From Candidatus Bathyarchaeota archaeon (GTDB lineage Archaea > Thermoproteota > Bathyarchaeia > Bathyarchaeales > Bathycorpusculaceae): a DNA stretch of 64,000 nt. Below are positions 30,162 to 39,187 of the stretch, piece after piece. The notes under the pieces were generated by a model. That model was not told where the DNA came from and made no database searches. It saw only the letters and a list, made by a program, of their open reading frames with translations. The DNA lies in the NCBI GenBank assembly GCA_963828195.1, contig CAWHDT010000004.1, positions 49,512 to 113,511 of the forward strand, given 5' to 3'. How positions within the stretch are numbered: the stretch's first letter is position 1; every line of letters begins with the position of its first letter. A program made the translations under genes and the position numbers.

Positions 30162-30211
30162 TCGTTCTATAATAAAACAGAAAATTATATATTTCGTTCT
30201 GCAATAAAACA
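30162..30211 (+). promoter_or_regulatory. TATA box flanked by 18-bp direct repeats
   Basis: TCGTTCTATAATAAAACA (30162) and TCGTTCTGCAATAAAACA (30194) around TTATATAT, just before ATG 30215. Confidence 0.6.
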
Positions 30212-30214
30212 ATT

Positions 30215-31471
30215 ATGGCAGCCTCTGCAATTTTCGAGGAATGGAACACCTACGCTCAGCGAAGAGTCCTTGTTAAGCGTCAAGTGAATCTAGACGCGAT
30301 GGAGCGTAATTCACAGTCGAAGATAGTTGCCATCACAGGCATAAGACGCTGTGGCAAATCAAGCGTTTTGATGCTGTTAGCTCAGAAACTGACAAAAGAA
30401 GGAAAAAAAGTCTGTTACATCAATGTGGAGGACAGCCGGCTTGGAGCCGAAAAAGATGTTCTGGATCAGATTCTCAAGTGGTTTGGCGATGAAGGCTTCT
30501 TGTTGCTTGATGAAATAACCAGCGCCAACGATTGGAGCGGCTGGCTCGCAAGAACACATGAACTCCTCAAAGGCAAGCTGCATCTAGTGGTGGGTTCTTC
30601 TCGGAGGAGTTTGGTTACTCCAAGCAAACCATTGCGCGGTCGCATACTTTCAGTCGAGCTTTTTCCACTCTCTTTCAAAGAGTTTTTGACCTTCAGAAAT
30701 ATAGAGGTTGAAAAGACCACGGTTGGGAGAGGGAAATTGGAGCGTGCACTTTCTGAGTATCTGAAGTTTGGAGGATTTCCGGAGGTCGTGCTTGCGGAAG
30801 ATGTGATGGATAAAGTGAGGATTCTGGACTCTTACTTCAAGGATATTGTGGGTCTTGACGTAGCTGAGGTTTCGCGTGAAGATCCAACGACAGTTGCAAC
30901 TTTTGGAAGATGCGTAATCCAGAGCACTTACTTCTCCGCCTCTAAGTGCCTCAACTTCTTCAAAAGCTTAGGATACAGAATAGGCAAAGAGAAGCTGCTA
31001 CAGCTTGAAAAATACGCCGAAGCAAGTTACCTTTTCTTCTTTATCCCAGTGTACTCACATAGCATAAAAACTCGCTCATTATACCCTCGCAAAGCATACT
31101 GCGGGGACGTTGGATTTTCATACGCTACAACTGGAAAGACCGATTGGGGAAGGCTGTATGAAAACGCCGTGTTCCTTGAACTAAAAAGAAGATTGAAAGA
31201 TCAAGAAATCTGCTACTGGCGAAACAAAGTCGGCGAGGAAGCTGACTTTGTAATAAAGCGCGGAAGTGACGTGGACGAAGCATACCAAGTGGTCTACGAT
31301 TTGAGCGGTGCTGAGACCGAGAACAGAGAAGTTGCAGGGTTAATATCATGCATGCAAGAACTCAAACCATGCACTTCACTCATACTAACCAAAGAAGCCT
31401 CGGAGACCCGCAGAATAGGTGATTCCACAATCAGGTTTAAACCTCTCGTAGATTGGCTTATAGAAGAATGA
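30215..31471 (+). CDS. AAA+ ATPase, AAA_14/DUF4143 type
   Basis: GIRRCGKS Walker A, LLDEI Walker B, GGFPE, LYENAV..EL, EADFV. Confidence 0.9.
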   Translation: MAASAIFEEWNTYAQRRVLVKRQVNLDAMERNSQSKIVAITGIRRCGKSSVLMLLAQKLTKEGKKVCYINVEDSRLGAEKDVLDQILKWFGDEGFLLLDEITSANDWSGWLARTHELLKGKLHLVVGSSRRSLVTPSKPLRGRILSVELFPLSFKEFLTFRNIEVEKTTVGRGKLERALSEYLKFGGFPEVVLAEDVMDKVRILDSYFKDIVGLDVAEVSREDPTTVATFGRCVIQSTYFSASKCLNFFKSLGYRIGKEKLLQLEKYAEASYLFFFIPVYSHSIKTRSLYPRKAYCGDVGFSYATTGKTDWGRLYENAVFLELKRRLKDQEICYWRNKVGEEADFVIKRGSDVDEAYQVVYDLSGAETENREVAGLISCMQELKPCTSLILTKEASETRRIGDSTIRFKPLVDWLIEE

Positions 31472-31518
31472 AGTGAACAAAAGACGAAACCATATCCGCA
31501 ATAGCTTGTTACTCATAA

Positions 31519-31564
31519 AGAGCGGAGATAGGAATTGAACCCATATATGACAACTCTGCAGGCT
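31519..31564 (-). pseudogene. 3'-half tRNA-Cys fragment
   Basis: Minus strand AGC-CUGCAGA-GUUGU-CAUAU-AUGGG-UUCAAUU-CCUAU-CUCCGCU; paired T arm. Confidence 0.65.
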
Positions 31565-31701
31565 AACTAATTATTGATGCCTAAGTGACGGCTAATGAAA
31601 CGTGTAGTCTGATGTCTTTCAAATCCGCGTCTCAATGTTGCCGGATAATATTGCATAAGCGTCTTGCTGGACAAGGTTTCTTGACTAAGGATTTATTTTG
31701 A

Positions 31702-32420
31702 TTACTTGGGTGTCTGCACTGTAACGAGGTGCTTAAATTCTGCAGGTTCTTTGCCTTCAAACTTTTGCCAATTGTGTTTGCAGGGATGTGCCAGCAAATC
31801 TTCAAAGTCTTCGGATAGTAGGTAAAGACCATGTTTTGACTGATCCACTCATCAGGTTTATCCCACCATTTCAATTCAAGCAGCTGCTCAATAACCTCTG
31901 GACTAAATCTATATCTTATTATTTTACTTGGGTTTCCAGCAACTATGGCGTAGGGCGGGACATCTTTGGCTACGACGCTGCGTGCCCCAATGATTGCGCC
32001 GTCCCCAATTTTGACGCCTGACAATATGAGAGCTTCGTATCCTATCCACACGTCGTTTCCAACGTTTATGTCTCCCTTGCTCCTTGTCGGGTAGGGGTAT
32101 TTGCGGTAGTTTTTGTCCACTACGCTAAACGGGCAGGTGGTTAACCATTTGGAGTTATGCTCTAAGCCCAAGATGAAGGTCGCGGAATTTGAGATTGAGC
32201 AGTACTTACCCACTTTTAATATAGCTGCTCCGCACCCGATAATTTTCGGTCTTGCAAAGCTGACTTTACCGAAATTAGTCAAAGTGGAACCATGAGTATG
32301 CAGCGCTATTCGCATGTAGGTATGCCAGAAAACTCGCAGGTAAATATACTGAAGAGCACGCTTGCATTTTCGCCTTCTTCCTTCTGCGGGCAGAGGGGTT
32401 TTCAAGAGGGATTCATTCAA
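31702..32420 (-). pseudogene. CatB/Vat-type O-acetyltransferase, frameshifted near the C-terminus
   Basis: VGNDVWIG...DVPPYAIVAGNP..IIRYRF...WWD; the expected tail LLSEDFEDLL is in another frame from 31821, stop at 31702-31704. Confidence 0.65.
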
Positions 32421-32603
32421 TGTAATGAACCTCCACCGCGTTTAAGCGTGTAATGCTGAATTTGTATTTCTCATTCGAAGACTCGCTGGCAGTTCCCATG
32501 ATTATAAGTTTGAAATTTTTGGTAATAAAAGGTTCTTGTACAGAACTCTTGACCTCAGCCAAGTCAAACTTTCTTGACTAATGTTTGCTCAACAATAAAA
32601 GAA

Positions 32604-32640
32604 CTGGTGATTGAAATTGAACCCATATGCATCAAGCAGG
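32604..32640 (-). pseudogene. Highly decayed tRNA 3' fragment
   Basis: AATTGAACCCATAT core shared with 31533-31546. Confidence 0.4.
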
Positions 32641-32719
32641 TAGGAAGGTCATGGACCTTTAAGAGGGAACCTAATTAATTTTTTGAAAGTTTTTTCATCG
32701 AGATTGTGCCAAACCTCGG

Positions 32720-33004
32720 CTACTTATCTTTGACAATGTAGTCTGCTTCGAAGGTTCTTGGGTTTATCTGCCTTGTTTTAATCTCTTTCAACTCGGATTT
32801 GGCGCTTAATGTTTTGAATTGTTGTGCGAAGCCCTCAACGATGTCAAGTACACCGCACCCGTAGCAGAAACCGCCTGAAAACGAAACCGTAAGCATGGCT
32901 TGCGAGGCAAACACGAGTTTAGCAGTAACCTCAGGGCTCCTAACCCTGTTATAAAGGAGGACCGCTTTTTTTGCAAGCGCTTCCAGGTCTGGCGGTGGCA
33001 ACAT
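32720..33004 (-). CDS. Small hypothetical protein with CxxC
   Basis: YNRVRSPEVTAK...FSGGFCYGCGV; follows pyrK. Confidence 0.7.
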   Translation of the reverse strand: MLPPPDLEALAKKAVLLYNRVRSPEVTAKLVFASQAMLTVSFSGGFCYGCGVLDIVEGFAQQFKTLSAKSELKEIKTRQINPRTFEADYIVKDK

Positions 33005-33021
33005 GTTTATTGAATGCCGGT

Positions 33022-33840
33022 TTAGAAGGGTATCCTTGAGCCGTCAAATCCGAGTTTTGAAATTCCCAGCTCTTCTTTGACTTCCCTTAGCTGTGCAGCG
33101 TTGAAAACTGGTCCATCTTTGCAGACGCGGTATTTGCCGATCAGGCAGCTTCCGCATAAGCCAATCCCGCAGCGCATTAGCCTCTCAAGGCTTGCTTCTA
33201 GGGGCAGTTTGCGTTGTTCGGTTAGCTCAAAGATTTTTTTGACCATGACTTCTGGACCGCAGGTGTAGATCATGTCGAATTTCTCTTTATCCAATAGGCT
33301 GCCAAGCGGCTCAGTTACCATGCATTGCAAGCCGTAAGTTCCGTCTTCTGTTGTTGTAATCAAGTTTTTCTCGTTGCATACGCCCTTTAGCTCGGAAACA
33401 AAGAGGAGTTCATCTTTGCTTTTGGCGCCCTCAACAAAGGACAACCGCTCAGTTTTAGCAGTAAGCTGTTTCGCCAAAAACAGCAAAGGCGCCGTTCCCG
33501 TTCCGCCGCCTACCAAGAGAACTCTGCCCCGGCTTTCAGTGAAACTATTCCCGAAAGGTCCACGAACCCCGACGACTTCGCCTGCCGCCATATTATGCAA
33601 ATGCCGTGTTGCATCGCCAACCTGCTTCACCGATACAGAAACCAACCCGTTATTTGCGTCCATTATGCTCAATGGGATTTCATCGATTCCTGGAATCCAA
33701 AGCATCAAGAATTGCCCTGGCTTAGCTTTAGAGCATAACCTGTCGGGAACGATGAAGGTTTTAACGGTTGGACTCTCAACCGTAACCCGCACGATTTCCG
33801 TCGTTCTAAGTGTATTAACTGCGGTGAGCGAGGCCGACAA
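33022..33840 (-). CDS. pyrK: Dihydroorotate dehydrogenase electron transfer subunit
   Basis: PGQF, RGPFGN, GGGTG, CGP, ERLMRCGIGLCGSC...CKDGPVF. Confidence 0.95.
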   Translation of the reverse strand: MSASLTAVNTLRTTEIVRVTVESPTVKTFIVPDRLCSKAKPGQFLMLWIPGIDEIPLSIMDANNGLVSVSVKQVGDATRHLHNMAAGEVVGVRGPFGNSFTESRGRVLLVGGGTGTAPLLFLAKQLTAKTERLSFVEGAKSKDELLFVSELKGVCNEKNLITTTEDGTYGLQCMVTEPLGSLLDKEKFDMIYTCGPEVMVKKIFELTEQRKLPLEASLERLMRCGIGLCGSCLIGKYRVCKDGPVFNAAQLREVKEELGISKLGFDGSRIPF

Positions 33841-34738
33841 TTTCTTTCACACTCCCAACATGTTTTCTTCTCAAATAAGTTTCCACTCCCTTAGTTATGG
33901 CTTGGAAAACCTCCGTGTCCTCCAAAGCTATGGCACTTCCAACTTGAACTGCGGTGGCGCCAGCCAAGAAAAACTCCACGGCGTCACGCCAACCCGTTAT
34001 TCCGCCGCAGCCTATTATTGGCACATCAGGCAGTTCCTCGCGAATGTCATAGACACATCTCAGTGCAACGGGCTTGATGGCTGGACCTGACAAGCCGCCT
34101 TTTATGTTGCTTAAAATTGGACGCATTGTTTCAGAATCAATAGCCATCGCTTTCAAGGTGTTTACGGCTGTTAAAGCGTCTGCGCCAGCCTCAACCGCTA
34201 CTTTGCCTAAAGCAGCTATATCTGCAACGTTTGGGGACAGCTTCACAATAACAGGTTTACTGACTGCAGCCTTCACCGTTTCAACTACTTCGGAGAGGAG
34301 CCGTGGGTTTTGACCGATTTCTGCTCCAGTTTGCTTGACATGTGGACAGGAAACATTTAGTTCAACCGCGTCTGCACCTGCTGCAACGGCTTTTTCTGCA
34401 ACTGCGGCATATTCCTCTGCTGAGTAGCCAAACACGCTGACTATAAGCGGTAAGCGCAGAATGACTTTTGAGTACTTGATTTCTTCAGTGTACAGGTCGA
34501 TTCCCGGGTTCGGCAGCCCCATAGCGTTGATTAACCCGCTTTCTGCCTGAATCACAGTTGGGTTTGCATAGCCAACTTTCGGTTCTATGCCTATGGATTT
34601 TGTGACTACGGCTCCTGCGCCGCCTTTAGCCACGCGGTGAAGCGATTCAGCTGAGTAACCCAGTATTCCAGATGCTAGAATGGTTGGGTTTTCCAGCTCT
34701 AAGCCTGCAAGGCGTGTACTTAACGGATTGCTCTCCAA
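33815..34738 (-). CDS. pyrD: Dihydroorotate dehydrogenase family 1B
   Basis: ASG, NAMGLPNPG, ELNVSCPH, KLSPN, GGLSGPAIKP. Confidence 0.96.
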   Translation of the reverse strand: MESNPLSTRLAGLELENPTILASGILGYSAESLHRVAKGGAGAVVTKSIGIEPKVGYANPTVIQAESGLINAMGLPNPGIDLYTEEIKYSKVILRLPLIVSVFGYSAEEYAAVAEKAVAAGADAVELNVSCPHVKQTGAEIGQNPRLLSEVVETVKAAVSKPVIVKLSPNVADIAALGKVAVEAGADALTAVNTLKAMAIDSETMRPILSNIKGGLSGPAIKPVALRCVYDIREELPDVPIIGCGGITGWRDAVEFFLAGATAVQVGSAIALEDTEVFQAITKGVETYLRRKHVGSVKEIVGLAHRS

Positions 34739-34942
34739 ACATAATCACCATTCTATCTAGGTTGAATTACTTTTAAAAAGATAAAGCTTCACTCGGCAAA
34801 TTATTTTCTTCCGCCGAAAAAAAACGGAGCGGTTTTTTGATTGGTAGAAGCACATTTATGTCTAATTTACCGCATCGTTGAAGAAGTAAAATATCATTTG
34901 TGAAAAAAGAAAATAAGGGGTTAGGCTAACCTTGAAAGCGAC

Positions 34943-34993
34943 TTATTTCTTCTTTTTAGCCTTTTTATCTTCTTTCTTTGGAGCTTTAGCCAC
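34943..34993 (-). CDS. Putative 16-aa Lys-rich microprotein MAKAPKKEDKKAKKKK
   Basis: GTG start with GAGG SD, TATA-like AAATATAAAT at 35031-35040, U-rich tract downstream. Confidence 0.5.
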   Translation of the reverse strand: MAKAPKKEDKKAKKKK

Positions 34994-35254
34994 TTTAATA
35001 ACCTCTAAATAACAATTGACTTCAATCTGTATTTATATTTTGCTAAAGACTAATCATTCTGACGCAACAACCTAAAATACCTAAAAATAGCCGCTATAAG
35101 CAAAATAACCGTAAAATCAGACGATTAATCTGATGTTTTTTCCATGCTATTTCACCCAGTCAAATTTTACATTTATATGTCAATATTGAAGAGTTGTTTT
35201 TAAGGAAGATTTATGAAGCAAAATCAACGCAAGAAAAGTTTCCCACAGAAAACC

Positions 35255-36814
35255 CTATTTTGTAAACATTGCCCTGTCTTGGATGTACTCTTTTCCTGTT
35301 CGCAGAGCAATTTCAGCTTTCGCCAATTCGCTCCCTAAATAAGCCGCGTGGTCTTTCGTTGAAACTAATCCTAATTTAATAATTTTGGTGTAGAGGGCGT
35401 CGGCGGTTTTGCCTTTGATAATCTTGTCGGGCTGTTGCATAGTAGCAGAAGAAAAATGCATCGTCACTATGCATTCGTTGATGCGGTCTACTATGACTGT
35501 GAATGAACCCAACTTATCCAATTCGGTTAAGTTTGGCTTTTCAGCCTTGAGCACCCGAACGTTTTTCTCAACCGATTTATCATACCGCTCTTCACGGTTT
35601 CTTTTGTCTTTAAAAAACAGCAGGTCTACCCCTAGGTCTTTGGGTACTGAATTGCGTTTCTTTGCCAGAAACATCATCTTAGCCGCAGCCGCCTCCTCGC
35701 CAACGGTTCCTTTTGCTTTGTCACTTTTCTCCGTCGCCAACAGCATGCTCGCCCCCACTTCAGATGATAAACGTGCCAGCAAAGCGTTAACTCCCACCGA
35801 ATCCGCATCCATCAATTCAGTAACGTTTGAAACACCAACAAACATTGGCACATCGGGATTTCTTTCAGCAAATTGGCGAAAAGCAGTAAACGACACCAAA
35901 ACGTCTGACGGATCAAGAATCAGATCCGCAATGCACCTTGAAATTCCCAGATTTTTTGCTTGCTCAAGAATCTGCTCTAGGAACTGAACCCGTTCTTTAG
36001 CTTTTTTGGGAAAAATGCCTTCCTTCTGGTTTGTCGGGATGACGACCACGGCGACGTCGTGGACATAGGGTGCAATTGCTTCAATGTTTCCTGCATCCCC
36101 GCTCAAAACGAGGTCTGCACCCGCATCGACCGCTGCTCGGATCTCGGCTGGGTCAAGCGAATCTACGCTAACAGGAACAGTAACAACCTGCTTTACAAAT
36201 TCAACTATTTTTTTGGCATCCGAAGGTCGGGATTCGCCCGCAGCCATGCCGACATCGATGATGTCTGCGCCAGCCTCTACAAAGCGTTTTGCAAGCCGCT
36301 GAATTGCTTCTTTATCCATTGACGGCGCATCTACGATTTCGGCTAAAACCCGCATTGGAAAGTCTTTGCCAACCGCCAAGTTCCCAATCAACATGTTGCC
36401 AGGTTTCTTAAGCAACGCTTCACGGCTCTGCTCTGCCGTCTCTATTTCCTGCAGCGCTTTTTTCTGGAGCTTTTCCCGAAGCAAGTCGTCGGCAGGCATA
36501 ATTGTTGAAAGCTTAATGTCGCCTAAGCATTCAAGCACAGTGGGCAGGTCAGCAGCGTACCTTGGACCTTTAAAAGTCTGGATGCCAACCGCTTTTGTAA
36601 TCGTCGCTACGTCTCCTGGTATGAGCCCAGGCACCAAAATCACCTCAAAACCCGTTAAATCAGCGTCTTTTAATGCTTTGGCGATGGTTTCGGGAGTAAG
36701 CAGGGCGGCAACTGGAATCTTGAGGGCAACGGTCGTGGTTTTTGCGTTGCTTTCTTGTGCAGAGCATTTTACTATGTCCTCCGCCAATGTACCCGTAACT
36801 AAGAGCACCCTCAA
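35255..36814 (-). CDS. Dihydropteroate synthase-like protein with DUF4346-type C-terminus
   Basis: MRVLAEIVDA, GADIIDVG, NVTELMDADSVGVNALL, DHAAYLGSELAKAE.AL.TGKEYIQD. Confidence 0.88.
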   Translation of the reverse strand: MRVLLVTGTLAEDIVKCSAQESNAKTTTVALKIPVAALLTPETIAKALKDADLTGFEVILVPGLIPGDVATITKAVGIQTFKGPRYAADLPTVLECLGDIKLSTIMPADDLLREKLQKKALQEIETAEQSREALLKKPGNMLIGNLAVGKDFPMRVLAEIVDAPSMDKEAIQRLAKRFVEAGADIIDVGMAAGESRPSDAKKIVEFVKQVVTVPVSVDSLDPAEIRAAVDAGADLVLSGDAGNIEAIAPYVHDVAVVVIPTNQKEGIFPKKAKERVQFLEQILEQAKNLGISRCIADLILDPSDVLVSFTAFRQFAERNPDVPMFVGVSNVTELMDADSVGVNALLARLSSEVGASMLLATEKSDKAKGTVGEEAAAAKMMFLAKKRNSVPKDLGVDLLFFKDKRNREERYDKSVEKNVRVLKAEKPNLTELDKLGSFTVIVDRINECIVTMHFSSATMQQPDKIIKGKTADALYTKIIKLGLVSTKDHAAYLGSELAKAEIALRTGKEYIQDRAMFTK

Positions 36815-36872
36815 ATTTTTGCGGGATTTGTTAATCGCAGGGGGTGCTTGCTTCTTAGCTGAAGATTCTGCA

Positions 36873-37574
36873 TTAGCTTTCAGTTTTGCTCCTCCATGAC
36901 TCTATTCGTTTTGTTAAATCAGTCATAACTGAAGAGTAAACAGAGTTTGGGGCTGCACGATCCACCACTTGCCGGCAACCACTAATAACCTCCAAAAGTT
37001 TTTCCACGTGCTTTAGCTGTTTTTCATCGTTTAAGAAAATTTTAACGCGTGTTGCATGGATAATTGCCTCAACAGTCAATGCCATGGCGCGGCTAAACAC
37101 CTGAGGATACTTTTGTGTCGCCTCTATCGACTCAACTTTGAGCAATGCGCGGGTTTTCATGGTTCCTTTTGTCGCAATTAGCTCCAAATGCGCCACTGAA
37201 ACCTCAATTGATGCCTCAGCCAAACTAAGCTTAGGAGCATTAACAAACTGTGCTTTTTGGAACCATTCGCCTGGGAGTTTGCCGTTTGGGTTGACTTCTT
37301 TGAAGGTTGAACGGTAAAAAACTTCTATGTTGTCTGTTAAGTTTACGACGGCGCAACGGTTTGCTTTGATGTTGCGGTAGGTTTGGGATGAGTTGAAGAG
37401 GTCAACTGTAAGGTGTTGTTCATCCTGCAAGGTAAAGCCCATTGGTGCCGCGTTAGGTTTCCCATCCAAGTTATAGGTGGAAACTATGCATTCTGCAATT
37501 ACGTCTTTCACGAATCCTAAATCCGTTAACTTCGCCGCCAAACCAATCCAAGCCAGACAGAAGGCTGCAAGCAT
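36873..37574 (-). CDS. DUF447 family protein (start probably about 11 codons downstream)
   Basis: ECIVST...PNAAPMG, S.TY.N, VEAIIHATR. Confidence 0.8.
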   Translation of the reverse strand: MLAAFCLAWIGLAAKLTDLGFVKDVIAECIVSTYNLDGKPNAAPMGFTLQDEQHLTVDLFNSSQTYRNIKANRCAVVNLTDNIEVFYRSTFKEVNPNGKLPGEWFQKAQFVNAPKLSLAEASIEVSVAHLELIATKGTMKTRALLKVESIEATQKYPQVFSRAMALTVEAIIHATRVKIFLNDEKQLKHVEKLLEVISGCRQVVDRAAPNSVYSSVMTDLTKRIESWRSKTES

Positions 37575-37690
37575 TCTTGCAACCGAATTTAAAATTTCGC
37601 AGAAACATAATAAAGCTTTGCCAACCTAATGTGTCAGTTGAGTTCAGGAAGGTTTGTTGGCTGGTCCCGGTGTGCTTCCACTATACTGCG

Positions 37691-38074
37691 TTAAAGCTTG
37701 ATTGCGTTGGCAGCCATTAAAATCAACAGTATAGAAATGGCGATGATGCCGGCGAGAAGTATTGCGGCTGCTATAAGCAGTTTTTTGCTGTTGTCTTTTT
37801 GCTCGCGCGTTTGAACCGCTCGCTCTGGAAACTTGTCAAGCATTTGAACCGCCAAACGGCCTCTTTCTGTTAGACTGTATCTTCCATCGTCGAGTTTTTC
37901 TATAAGGTCGCCAAGCACTTTTAGGTGGTAATTGAACCTGCCCGTGTTAGTAACTTTTGCGAACCCCATAAGTTCACCGTAAGGCAGAGGTCCTTTATCG
38001 TTAAGGAGCTTTAGAATCTCTCTTCGTGTAGGATCTTTTAGGATTTTATGAAGCCCAGAAAGCTCCACAGTCAT
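37691..38074 (-). CDS. ArsR-like winged-helix protein with C-terminal TM
   Basis: LKDPTRREIL, FNYHLKVL, YSLTERG; hydrophobic tail. Confidence 0.8.
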   Translation of the reverse strand: MTVELSGLHKILKDPTRREILKLLNDKGPLPYGELMGFAKVTNTGRFNYHLKVLGDLIEKLDDGRYSLTERGRLAVQMLDKFPERAVQTREQKDNSKKLLIAAAILLAGIIAISILLILMAANAIKL

Positions 38075-38082
38075 TTACTGGT

Positions 38083-38931
38083 TCATCGCCTTTTCCCACG
38101 CATAATTAAAGCGATAACACCCAAAAATACAACAACCAGTGCAACAAAGGAAGCAATTAGGATTTCGTAGATAGAAGTTGGGCTCTGAGTTGAGGTAGGG
38201 GCGGTTGTTGACGTTGATGACGAGGGGCTTGACGTTGAAGTAGAAGATGATGGGGCAGGTGAAGAGCTTAAGGGAACGTTGGCAGGTATTGTTACTGTTT
38301 GTGTATTGCTCCAACCGCTTGTTTGACCAGTAAACTCCCACGGGTACATGTCTAATAGGCTTGTTGCGTTAGGATTATAAACTCTACTGACATACCCTAT
38401 CATCGCTTCAACTTGGATATCGGTTTGAGTGCCTTCAGGAATCGGTATTCCCACCTCTGAAAGGTTACTCAGAGGGATTGATGTGTTGGTGTAATCAGAA
38501 TCTGACTGTGTCAGATAACCGTTGTCAGCAGTGTAAATATCAGACCAGCTACTTTCGTTATGGTTTTTTATTTGAATATTGTAGTAGAACAAAATATTTT
38601 GAGCAAGATTTGAATCAAAATAAGATGTAAAGGGTTGATTCTTAATTGTCACTACTACATAGCTGAATTCATTGGTGTAGCCAATTTGAGCCACGACCTG
38701 TCCCGTGCTTTGGTTTAACGAATAAGTCGTAGGTACAGTGTAAGGCGGACCGACAGGCTGTACAGTGAATGTTGGAATGGAGGGAGTGGGAATAGGAACA
38801 GACGAAGGCGTGGGAGTCTGAGCAAATGCTGGTTTAGCAATTATTAAGCACATAATGGCTAAGATAACAATAAGAAGCGATGAGAAACTCTTGCTATCCC
38901 AACCCTCACCCACTCTTGAAAATAGTTTCAT
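38083..38931 (-). CDS. Exported Ser/Thr-rich membrane-anchored protein
   Basis: Signal peptide, SGWSNTQTVTIP, S/T linker, C-terminal TM plus basic tail. Confidence 0.75.
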   Translation of the reverse strand: MKLFSRVGEGWDSKSFSSLLIVILAIMCLIIAKPAFAQTPTPSSVPIPTPSIPTFTVQPVGPPYTVPTTYSLNQSTGQVVAQIGYTNEFSYVVVTIKNQPFTSYFDSNLAQNILFYYNIQIKNHNESSWSDIYTADNGYLTQSDSDYTNTSIPLSNLSEVGIPIPEGTQTDIQVEAMIGYVSRVYNPNATSLLDMYPWEFTGQTSGWSNTQTVTIPANVPLSSSPAPSSSTSTSSPSSSTSTTAPTSTQSPTSIYEILIASFVALVVVFLGVIALIMRGKRR

Positions 38932-39187
38932 GCAGGCAACTCCATCGAATGATAAATACTTCAGGCATTGGTTTAAGGATATTTGACTAAATATTTTACC
39001 AAAATCTTATCATAGGGTAGCAATTCCCATCTAAAACGAAATAACACGATAACTGCAAACAGATGGTTGCGGCGTTGCGTTGACCCCAACGTTTATTTTA
39101 TGTAAGGTTTTTAAGGGATAATCGCCTAAGTTTTAATGAGGATTTCAAGCCTTTTTGAGAACCTGTTTTTTGGTGGTTAATAATTAA

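Noticed and set aside
33374-36899. Long plus-strand ORFs (238, 192, 177 aa)
   Set aside because: Antisense shadows of pyrK/pyrD and the DHPS-like gene
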